A DNA stretch of 55,261 bases from NCBI GenBank assembly GCA_964404035.1, contig CAYOIT010000005.1:1-55261 (forward strand), written 5' to 3'. The notes under the pieces were generated by a model. The model was given only the letters and a program-made list of their open reading frames with translations, had not been told where the DNA came from and ran no database searches. The translations under genes were made by a program, and so were the position numbers. The stretch comes from an uncultured Verrucomicrobiota bacterium (lineage in GTDB: Bacteria > Verrucomicrobiota > Kiritimatiellia > CAIKKV01 > CAITUY01). Positions 47,420 to 55,261 of this stretch are shown here, in pieces; position 1 is the first letter of the stretch, and every line of letters starts with the position of its first letter.

Positions 47420-49240
47420 TTATTTCATCTCGATGAACCCTTCCAGTTTCCGGATGCGCGTGGGATGGCGCAGTTTACGGAGGGCTTTCGCCTCGATCTG
47501 GCGGATTCGTTCACGAGTTACGTTGAACTGCTTCCCTACCTCTTCGAGGGTGCGCGAGTACCCGTCCGCCAGCCCAAACCGCAAGTTTAAGACCTGCTGC
47601 TCACGTTCGGTGAGCGTGTTCAGCACGTCTTTCAAGCGGTCCTTCAGCAGACTGTAGGCTGTCATCTCCGACGGATTCTCAGCGCCCTTGTCCTCGATAA
47701 AGTCTCCAAAATGTGCATCGTCGCCGTCGCCCACGGGGCTCTGGAGCGAAATGGGCTGCTGCGCCATCTTGTAGACGGCGCGGACGCGGTCCACCGGCAG
47801 GCTCATTTCCTCGGCCACTTCCTCGGGGGTGGGCTCGCGGCCCAGCTCCTGCACGAGCTTCTTCTGCACGCGCATGAGCTTGTTGATGGTTTCGATCATG
47901 TGCACGGGGATGCGGATGGTTCGTGCCTGATCGGCGATGGCGCGCGTGGCGGCCTGGCGAATCCACCACGTGGCGTACGTGCTGAACTTGTAACCGCGAC
48001 GGTATTCGAATTTCTCAACGGCCTTCATGAGGCCGGTGTTGCCTTCCTGAATAAGGTCCAGGAAGGAGAGGCCGCGGTTCATGTACTTTTTGACGATACT
48101 GATGACCAGACGCAGGTTGGCCTCGACCATTTCGGTGCGGGCGGTCATTCCCTTGCGCATGGCCTCTTTGAGCTGCTTGTAGAGCGCGACAAACTGGTCG
48201 CTGTTCATGCACAGCTTATCCTCGAGCTTGCGCAGCTTCTTCAGCTCGGCGGCCAGGGCTTCTTCCTGCTTCTTGCCCTTGCGGGATTTCTTGAGCACCT
48301 CGATCTGGGCGAGGCAGGCGGTCATTTCCTTGTATTCGTCCTCGGCCTTGGTGGCGAGCGATTCGATGATTTTCTGCTTGAAATACAGATGCTCGAACAG
48401 CTCGACGAGCCGCTTGCGGGTGCGTTCCATGTTCTTGATGGCCAACGCTTTTTGCGTCTGCGTGGACTTGCTTTTCCGCGTCACGGCGAACTCTTCGAAG
48501 AGTTTGTCGCGGTTCTTGGTCAGTTCGCGCTTCAGGCGGGGAAGGGTCACCAGATACTTGTCGCGGCTGTCGACGAATTTATCCTCAATCACCCGGTCGA
48601 AACGGTCCTTGCCGTTTTCCAGCCGTTCGGCGGTGCCGAGGTACATGTCGGCAGCGACCCCGAGTTCATCGAACAGGGTTCGCACGGTGACTTCAGCGGT
48701 TTCAATCCGCTTGCAGATTTCCACTTCCTGTTCGCGGGTGAGCAGGGGGACCTGGCCCATCTGGTGCAGGTACATGCGGATGGGGTCGTCGAAGATGTCC
48801 AACCGGTCGGCGCGCCCGGCCCCGCCGGCGGTCGGCTTGGCGGTGGTGGGCTCTTTGCGGTACTTCTCGACATCGGAGGCCTCGATGATCTCGATGTCCA
48901 TGCTGCGGAGCAGCTCCATGTAGCCTTCGAGCTCGTCAGGATTGATGACGGAGCTCGGGATCATCTCATTGATGTCGTCGTAGGTCAGATAGCCCTGTTC
49001 CTCGGCCATCTTGACCAGGTCTTTGATGCGCTGACTGCGCTCTTCCCAACTCAGGGTGCTGGTGGTGCCGCCTTCGCCTTCAACGGCTTCATCGCCTTCG
49101 GGTTTCGTTTCCAGCTCGGGATGCTCGGAAGGCTCTTCGAGAAGGGAGGGACGAGCCATTGCGCCAGTTTTGCCTTTGGGGCGGGGGGAGGGGGCCGCCT
49201 TGGCTGCAGTTGTTGGGGGGACTGATTTGATCTTCGCCAT
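47420..49240 (-). CDS. rpoD: Primary RNA polymerase sigma factor sigma70
   Basis: Region 1.1 [66 protein letters not shown]. Confidence 0.97.
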   Translation of the reverse strand: MAKIKSVPPTTAAKAAPSPRPKGKTGAMARPSLLEEPSEHPELETKPEGDEAVEGEGGTTSTLSWEERSQRIKDLVKMAEEQGYLTYDDINEMIPSSVINPDELEGYMELLRSMDIEIIEASDVEKYRKEPTTAKPTAGGAGRADRLDIFDDPIRMYLHQMGQVPLLTREQEVEICKRIETAEVTVRTLFDELGVAADMYLGTAERLENGKDRFDRVIEDKFVDSRDKYLVTLPRLKRELTKNRDKLFEEFAVTRKSKSTQTQKALAIKNMERTRKRLVELFEHLYFKQKIIESLATKAEDEYKEMTACLAQIEVLKKSRKGKKQEEALAAELKKLRKLEDKLCMNSDQFVALYKQLKEAMRKGMTARTEMVEANLRLVISIVKKYMNRGLSFLDLIQEGNTGLMKAVEKFEYRRGYKFSTYATWWIRQAATRAIADQARTIRIPVHMIETINKLMRVQKKLVQELGREPTPEEVAEEMSLPVDRVRAVYKMAQQPISLQSPVGDGDDAHFGDFIEDKGAENPSEMTAYSLLKDRLKDVLNTLTEREQQVLNLRFGLADGYSRTLEEVGKQFNVTRERIRQIEAKALRKLRHPTRIRKLEGFIEMK

Positions 49241-49344
49241 ACCGTTCCTCAGGAATAGTTCCACAGTGCCGATAGTACGGCAGTATTCACCGTCAAACTG
49301 TCAAAAATGCCAGATCCGCAGGCGATCGGCAAGACAAAAAGTAT

Positions 49345-50583
49345 TTAGAATGACACTAACAGGCCGGCTCCGCCATAAACTCCCGAAGCCATGGGGGTGC
49401 CGGGGAAGAAGCCCTCCGATTTCGATCCCACTTTGCACGAGACCCCGAAACGCCCGAAAAGAAGAGCGTCGAGTTCCCCGACGGCATTCCACCCGGACCC
49501 GTCATAGAGGTTCTCATCCGACTCCGGAACCTGCCAGGCATCCGCCGCCAGGCCGAAGGATAGACCGGGTGCCACGGGAATGCCGTAAAGGCCGCCACCC
49601 CAGCCGTACGTGCGCTCCAGCGGGTTCACGAGATCCCGTCCATAGACGGTTACCAGCGGGCCGGGGGTGATCGCATAGAGATCCAGAAATCGCGTCACTT
49701 CCTCCGGACCGACGAAGGCCCGGGTGCCGGCGGTGAAGCCGAACCCCCTGCCCAGGGGGATGACGGGGGGGCGAACCTGGGTCTTTCCCCCGATAACATG
49801 ATCGGCCGCGTAGCCGTAGAGTGCGGCCAGCGCCGCGGGATCGACCAGATTCCAGATGGCCGCCTGCCTCACCTCGTCATAGTTATCCCGAAGCCGAGGA
49901 TCGCCGAAGTCGATGGAGTAGTCGTTCTCCCACACCTCGACAGGGTTGGCGTTACGGCGCTGGGCCTGGCGTGAGACGAGGTAATAGGCGATATCGTTCC
50001 CGCCGTCGTAGTCGTCCGCGAAGTCGCCGGGGGAATCCGCCGGATCGGACGTGGTCAGGGCGTAAAGGCTGAAGTCCACCTTGGCCAGCGCCATCAACGG
50101 AACCTTGGATCCATCCGCCCCGTCGCCCGTGTAGAGGTCGCGCAGGAGGCGGTGGGCCAGCACGGAATCGGCCTCGGTACCGCCAGCGGACAACATGATG
50201 TTCTGCTCGTTGTTGACCGGATCCCTGCCGATGCTGGTCCAGCCTGAAAAATCCAGTCCGAAGCCGTACTCCGGGTCCAGATCGAATTCGCGTGCGCGGG
50301 AACCGTGTCCGAAAAATTCGTGCTGAACCACGCTCAGTCCCCCCGCGAGGAGGAATTCGTACGCCGGAGCCACGAAACGCGCCCCGTCCGACCTCATTGT
50401 CCAGGCGATTCCGCGGGTGAGGGCGCTGTGGAGGGTGGTCACATCCCGTCCGCCGTAATCCATGGCCGGGTCCGTCTCGAATCCCAGAAAGTACAGGTCA
50501 TAGACCCGGTTGGAGACGGATGCGGCCGGAACGACTTGCGCTGACAGGCAAAAACCAAGAAGAGCGCTGAGCCATCGTTTCAT
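49345..50583 (-). CDS. Secreted/outer-membrane hypothetical protein with HExxxH motif
   Basis: SD GGAGG, signal peptide, QHEFFGHG, amphipathic beta-rich C-terminus ending in Phe. Confidence 0.7.
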   Translation of the reverse strand: MKRWLSALLGFCLSAQVVPAASVSNRVYDLYFLGFETDPAMDYGGRDVTTLHSALTRGIAWTMRSDGARFVAPAYEFLLAGGLSVVQHEFFGHGSRAREFDLDPEYGFGLDFSGWTSIGRDPVNNEQNIMLSAGGTEADSVLAHRLLRDLYTGDGADGSKVPLMALAKVDFSLYALTTSDPADSPGDFADDYDGGNDIAYYLVSRQAQRRNANPVEVWENDYSIDFGDPRLRDNYDEVRQAAIWNLVDPAALAALYGYAADHVIGGKTQVRPPVIPLGRGFGFTAGTRAFVGPEEVTRFLDLYAITPGPLVTVYGRDLVNPLERTYGWGGGLYGIPVAPGLSFGLAADAWQVPESDENLYDGSGWNAVGELDALLFGRFGVSCKVGSKSEGFFPGTPMASGVYGGAGLLVSF

Positions 50584-50753
50584 AAGGCGGTTCCTCCTGC
50601 TCCATCGCTTTTTATGTACCAGTTTTCCGGTAGGTGTGTAAAGACTGCAAGCGGTTGCCTCGTGCAGACCCTGGAAAGCCCTGATCCCATTAACCGTTGA
50701 CTTTCTGCCCCAATTTGGGCCACTATCCTCGCCTCGAAAGGGAGATTAAGTGT

Positions 50754-51470
50754 ATGTCATTCAGGCCTGAAGTTATTCCATTCTTGCTCGGATCTGTGGC
50801 GTTGGGTGTGGTGCTGACGCTGGCGCTGTGCGTGGCGCGCGTTACCTGGCGCAAGGCGTTGATGGCCGGCGGGCTTGTGGCGGTGATCCTCTGCGGCTAT
50901 ATGCTGTATTTCTTTCGCGATCCGGTGCGCATAGCCCCGTCCGATCCCTCCGCCATCGTGGCGGGCGCTGAAGGCAGAGTCATGGCGGTGATGGATGTGG
51001 TTGAGCCTACGTTTCTTAAGACAAATGCCGTTCGTATCAGCATCTTCCTCAGCCTGATCGATGTGCATGTCAATCGCGCGCCGATGGCCGGACGCGTTGA
51101 ATTTGCTCAGTACTTCGAAGGCGCGCGCTACTTCACCTTTCAAGAGAAATCTTCGGACTTCAATCAGCATAGCTCCATTCTGATCAAGAACGAGCGAACC
51201 ACCTGCCTTGTGAACCAGATTGTCGGTCCTGTGGCGCGTCGTGTTGTCTACTGGATTGAGGTGGGGCAGATCCTCACCAAAGGTCAGTCGATCGGCATGA
51301 TGAAGTTCGGGTCCCGTCTGGACATGTATTTCCCCAAGGGTGATGTCGAGGTCCTGGTAAAACCGGGCGACAAGGTCAGGGTGGGCGAGACCGTGGTGGC
51401 ACGCCTCCTGGCGCCGCCCGCAGAGGGCGCCGGCGAGGCTGTCACCCCCGAGACCAAGGAAGTGCTGTGA
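50754..51470 (+). CDS. psd: Phosphatidylserine decarboxylase proenzyme
   Basis: YFFRDP.R, ISIFLS..DVHVNRAP, KFGSRLD cleavage motif. Confidence 0.93.
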   Translation: MSFRPEVIPFLLGSVALGVVLTLALCVARVTWRKALMAGGLVAVILCGYMLYFFRDPVRIAPSDPSAIVAGAEGRVMAVMDVVEPTFLKTNAVRISIFLSLIDVHVNRAPMAGRVEFAQYFEGARYFTFQEKSSDFNQHSSILIKNERTTCLVNQIVGPVARRVVYWIEVGQILTKGQSIGMMKFGSRLDMYFPKGDVEVLVKPGDKVRVGETVVARLLAPPAEGAGEAVTPETKEVL

Positions 51471-52282
51471 AACCCGGCATCACATGGCGTCAGTTGATTC
51501 CCATTAGTGTCACCCTTCTGGCGATGTTGTGCGGGTTCTTCAGCATCCTGGTGACGCTGGAGAGCATGGGCGAAACGCTCGAAAAGGCGGGGTCGATGCA
51601 CCGCTGGGCGGCGCTTCTGATCATGCTGGCCATGATTCTCGACGGTCTGGACGGCAATATCGCGCGCAAACTCAAGGGCTGCACCGAGATGGGCGCCGAG
51701 TTGGATACCTACGTGGATATGACCGCCTTTGGGATTGCACCGGCCATTCTGATTTACGCGGTGATGCTGACCGGCTCGGTCCCGAAGGATTCGTCGCTGA
51801 TCGTGTGGCGTGTGGTGATGACCTCGGCCGTGGTGCTGTCGGGCGTCGTGCGACTGGCGCGCTTCAAGGCCGGGGATCCTCACCGGGGCCAGATGGGGTA
51901 TACCGGGCTTCCCATTACCGCCTGCGCCGGCTGGGTGGCCATGCTCGTGTTCATCAGCCAGAGCAAGCCCTTCAATACATTCTCACTGAGTCAGGGGCCG
52001 GTGGCCGCGTTGTTTCTGGTTGGCGTGCTGGCGTTTATCTACCTGCAGGTTTCCAACGTGCGCTATCCGAAACCCACCAAGCATCCCGCGCTGTTCATCC
52101 CCATGGTCATCATGGTCTGCGTGTTGTTCGGCCCGCAGAAGGTCGCCGTCCCTGCCGCCGTCTTCATGATCATCATGGTTCTGGGCTACATCGCCTTCGG
52201 GCCGCTCTATATGCGACGGGCCATGAAACGGGCCCCAGAAGATGAGCTTCCCTGCAACTCTGACGATTCCGCGTCATCATAG
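51467..52282 (+). CDS. pssA: CDP-diacylglycerol--serine O-phosphatidyltransferase
   Basis: DGLDG.IAR...G..LD...D motif, RLARF, GLP. Coupled to psd. Confidence 0.9.
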   Translation: MKPGITWRQLIPISVTLLAMLCGFFSILVTLESMGETLEKAGSMHRWAALLIMLAMILDGLDGNIARKLKGCTEMGAELDTYVDMTAFGIAPAILIYAVMLTGSVPKDSSLIVWRVVMTSAVVLSGVVRLARFKAGDPHRGQMGYTGLPITACAGWVAMLVFISQSKPFNTFSLSQGPVAALFLVGVLAFIYLQVSNVRYPKPTKHPALFIPMVIMVCVLFGPQKVAVPAAVFMIIMVLGYIAFGPLYMRRAMKRAPEDELPCNSDDSASS

Positions 52283-52295
52283 GGAGCCTCTGCCT

Positions 52296-53051
52296 GTGCC
52301 CACCGATCCGCGCGAAGAACTCAACGCCATTGCCGGGCAGACGGAAGCTTATCTGCAGTGGCTCAAGGATGATGGTATGCAACGTCTTGAGATAGGACTC
52401 CCCTCACCGAAGGCGGCCTCGCCGATGCCGTCGAAGAAGGTCGTTCCGGCGAAGACGGCGGCGTCCGTGGCCGTCGAGGTGGAGTTGAAGCGGATTGCCA
52501 AGACCATTGCCGGCTGCACGAAGTGCCCCCTTCACCGGACGCGCACGAACACCGTTCCGGGGCAGGGGAACCCGCATCCTGAGATCATGTTCATCGGTGA
52601 GGCGCCCGGCGCGGATGAAGACGCGCAAGGGCTGGCCTTTATCGGGAAAGCCGGTCAGTTGCTCACCAAGATGATCCAGGCGATGGGCTTCGAGCGGGAC
52701 GATGTCTTTATCGCCAACATTCTCAAGTGCCGTCCTCCGGACAATCGGCCGCCACTGCCCGAGGAAATGGAGACCTGCATTCCTTACCTCAAGGAGCAGA
52801 TTCGCCTGCTCAAGCCCAAGGTGATTGTCGCGCTTGGGGCGACGGCGGTACGCGGCCTCGTCGGGTTGGAGGGAATTACGAAACTTCGGGGCAAGTGGCT
52901 GACGTTCGAGGGCATCGACCTGATGCCGACCTACCATCCCGCCTACCTGCTCCGGAACCCCCCGGCCAAGAAAGAAGTCTGGATTGATCTTCAAGAGGCG
53001 CTGCGCCGGATCGGGCGGACCCCGCCGCCGGTCAAGAAGACCGAGGCGTAA
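52296..53051 (+). CDS. Uracil-DNA glycosylase family 4 (Fe-S)
   Basis: [37 protein letters not shown] start after AGGGAG. Confidence 0.92.
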   Translation: MPTDPREELNAIAGQTEAYLQWLKDDGMQRLEIGLPSPKAASPMPSKKVVPAKTAASVAVEVELKRIAKTIAGCTKCPLHRTRTNTVPGQGNPHPEIMFIGEAPGADEDAQGLAFIGKAGQLLTKMIQAMGFERDDVFIANILKCRPPDNRPPLPEEMETCIPYLKEQIRLLKPKVIVALGATAVRGLVGLEGITKLRGKWLTFEGIDLMPTYHPAYLLRNPPAKKEVWIDLQEALRRIGRTPPPVKKTEA

Positions 53052-53093
53052 AGCCGAACGCCGGGTCGGGGCCGGGTTCCGCGGCAGGTCGCC

Positions 53094-53564
53094 TCAGGGG
53101 AAGAAATCACCCAGCGCATTCTTGCGCGACGGCTTGCCGGTTCCTCCCAGTTGACGGCGGAGGTTGGCCCGTTCCCGACGGAGTTCCTCAAGGAATGACC
53201 GGCAGGAAAGAGTGTGGACACCGCCCGCCTCAACCGTATTCCGTTCCATCAGGTCCGAACTGACCACGGTAGCCTCCTCACGTCCGGGCGCGCGAAGGGC
53301 CAGCCGTTCGATGACGGAATCGGCCGTGAGACTCGAGGACGAGAAAATGACCTCCACGGCGGAGGACTCGAACCCGGTTTGCTGGCCCCCGCGTGAACCG
53401 TCGAAGACGACCGTGATGCGCTCGGCGATCACGTTGATCAGCTCATCCAGCTGATGCACCAGCCGTTGACGGGTGGTGTTGAAGTCGCGGCCGGTGCCCT
53501 CGATGAGCTCGGGCATCGCGTGGATCAGGTTGTTGCCATCGATAATCAGCCAGCGAGCGATCAC
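53094..53564 (-). CDS. YacP/Rae1-like NYN-domain ribonuclease
   Basis: LIIDGNNL, VVFDG, VEVIFS...TADSVIE, VVSSD. Confidence 0.88.
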   Translation of the reverse strand: MIARWLIIDGNNLIHAMPELIEGTGRDFNTTRQRLVHQLDELINVIAERITVVFDGSRGGQQTGFESSAVEVIFSSSSLTADSVIERLALRAPGREEATVVSSDLMERNTVEAGGVHTLSCRSFLEELRRERANLRRQLGGTGKPSRKNALGDFFP

Positions 53565-55123
53565 AATTTACCCGACCGTTTCATTTTCACATCGCCTCCG
53601 TGCTTTCGCGCGAGCGCGGCCACTTCCCGCTTGAGCGCTTTGAGGAACGTCGGCGCCAGCACCTTCTGCTCCCCGCCGACCTCCAGCATTTCGCGGAGGA
53701 CCTGCGCGCCGTCCGATTTCGGATGAGCGTTCACGATGGCCCGGGCGTCCCTGTAAGTGGCCACGAGTTTGTCGCAGCTCTCGAGCAGCCGCCGGGCCAC
53801 CGGCAGGAACTCTTCCGGCCGGGTCAGGGCTGACTGCACCTTTTTCCAGTCGGCATAGGCGCGGTACACCGGGGCGCAGATGACCAGGTCCTTCATGACG
53901 CTGGAGAAGCGGGCCGCCTGGCCGCTCACCTCGCGCCCGCCGAACACGCCGCGTTTCACGTCGTAGCGTTCCTGCTGCCAGTCGTCGTTACGGTAGCGGT
54001 CACGGTCCGCCTTCTTGCGGAAGTCCGGAACCTCCATGGGTTTGCCGCCTTCCCTCTGGCTGCGCAGCGCCTGGATCCCGGGGATGGTGACATCGCAACC
54101 GCCATAGATGTCGAACGGCCCCTTCTCGCCTGAGAAGATTTCGCGTGCGAAGTAGTAGAGCGTCCAGAAGTCGCCGCCTCCGTGGCCGGTCCCGGCGGCA
54201 AGCTGGCCGAGCCCTTCCCACTCCGGGGTGACGTTCAACAGGGGCGACTGGCCGGACGCGCCGAGACGCAGCCTTACGCCATCGTGGTCGATCGTGTAGG
54301 CGCCGAGTGTCCCCCAGATGCGCTGGCTATGGCTGTCATGGGTGGCCGCGCCCATCAGGTTGCGGACGACGCCGCCATTGCTCATCTGGATCAGCGAGGG
54401 CGTCATGGTGCCGTTGTCGGAGCCCTGTCCGCGGAGGTAACCGGCGAGACGCGGTCTGACGGGAAAGGTCTCCACGGCGATCGGTCGCGTGCCGGTGATC
54501 GCCATGACCGGGCCCAGCGAGTGCGTGCAGTAATAATGGAAGTTGAACCAGCTGCGCCAGTTGTGAACGGTGTGGCCAGGCTTGACCGGGAGGCCGTCGA
54601 TGTAGGTGTAGGCCAGCATGCGACATTCATGGACGTATTCGTATTCGGCGTACATGAGATCGCCGAACAGGCCTTCGTGCCAGCGATTGGCGAGCCACAT
54701 GTTGGCGGCGGTGAAGGGATAATTCTCCGCGAGGTTGTAGACGAGTTTGCGCTTCTGCACTTCCTCCACGAGTTGCACGCCCTCGGCCATCGTAAAGAAG
54801 GAGGTGACCTCCGACAACACATGCTTGCCGGCCTGCAGGCACTTGATGGCGTGCGGCCCGTGCGCCGGGCAGAAGGTGGCGAGCAGCACGGCGTCGAAAT
54901 CCTGCTTGAGGAACTCGTCCTCGCTGGCCGTGACGAAGGCGCCGGGGCAGGCCTTGAGGAAGTTGGCGCGCATGTGCTCGTTGAAATCGCAGCCGGCGAC
55001 CACATCGATGTTGAGGAACTTGCAGGTGTCGAAGAAGTTCATTCCCCGCCCGAGTCCCCAGATGCCGAGGCGGATCCGTTTATCCGTGTTGAAAACCCGT
55101 GGTGCTGCCTGCTTCCTGGTCAT
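53561..55123 (-). CDS. Gfo/Idh/MocA family oxidoreductase (GH109-like)
   Basis: IRLGIWGLGRG, AGKHVLSEV, AENY, YAEYEYVH, YCTHSLGP, GHGGGD. Confidence 0.88.
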   Translation of the reverse strand: MTRKQAAPRVFNTDKRIRLGIWGLGRGMNFFDTCKFLNIDVVAGCDFNEHMRANFLKACPGAFVTASEDEFLKQDFDAVLLATFCPAHGPHAIKCLQAGKHVLSEVTSFFTMAEGVQLVEEVQKRKLVYNLAENYPFTAANMWLANRWHEGLFGDLMYAEYEYVHECRMLAYTYIDGLPVKPGHTVHNWRSWFNFHYYCTHSLGPVMAITGTRPIAVETFPVRPRLAGYLRGQGSDNGTMTPSLIQMSNGGVVRNLMGAATHDSHSQRIWGTLGAYTIDHDGVRLRLGASGQSPLLNVTPEWEGLGQLAAGTGHGGGDFWTLYYFAREIFSGEKGPFDIYGGCDVTIPGIQALRSQREGGKPMEVPDFRKKADRDRYRNDDWQQERYDVKRGVFGGREVSGQAARFSSVMKDLVICAPVYRAYADWKKVQSALTRPEEFLPVARRLLESCDKLVATYRDARAIVNAHPKSDGAQVLREMLEVGGEQKVLAPTFLKALKREVAALARKHGGDVKMKRSGKL

Positions 55124-55261
55124 CTGTCAGCGCTCCTTGTCTGTGCCCGCCGGAACATCCGCCGGCGTTGTTGTTGGCGGCAACTGTAGATTGTTGAAAC
55201 GGGTCATGGCAATAGCTATGAGCCATCGGCCCGCCGCCGCCGCCTGAGCCGCGCCGTGCCT

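Noticed and set aside
47711-49225. 504-aa antisense ORF over rpoD
   Set aside because: Mirror-frame artefact of a highly biased gene.
55127-55261. Open minus-strand frame running off the window end (…LQLPPTTTPADVPAGTDKER*)
   Set aside because: Only 44 codons visible with no motif. Cannot distinguish a gene tail from a promoter region.
1-55261. CRISPR arrays, tRNA/rRNA genes, integrase/transposase, att sites
   Set aside because: None recognised by eye. The repeats found are short and intragenic, without spacer structure. The island's left boundary lies outside the window.

Overview
GC-rich bacterial chromosomal segment, most likely PVC superphylum (Verrucomicrobiota/Kiritimatiellota-like). 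This is inferred from an Akkermansia Amuc_1102-1098-type pilus cluster and a Chlamydia-like (polA)-coaE-rho gene order. The left ~8.8 kb is a defence island: a type III restriction-modification operon whose mod (5'-truncated by the window) and res genes are separated by three tightly packed cargo genes. These are an ABC-type ATPase, a TOPRIM-like (DUF3226-like) protein and a fused ABC-ATPase-TOPRIM (OLD-like) protein. This R-M-embedded double ATPase/TOPRIM module is the best candidate for an undescribed system. mod also carries an in-frame inverted heptamer-repeat element. The rest is mostly core genome: pilus/secretin operon, a stand-alone 5'-3' exonuclease ending in a clamp-binding-like motif, coaE-rho-tig-clpP-clpX, a probably leaderless pdp-punA-cdd-cca(-panD) cluster, oadGAB, recN, divergent GspK/L/M-like genes, an NtrC-family two-component pair, a CsgG-like lipoprotein, recD2, a membrane-anchored RRM protein, rpoD, psd-pssA-udg, a YacP-like NYN nuclease and a Gfo/Idh/MocA oxidoreductase. 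No rRNA, tRNA, CRISPR array, integrase or transposase was recognised. All calls come from motif recognition by eye; no searches were run.
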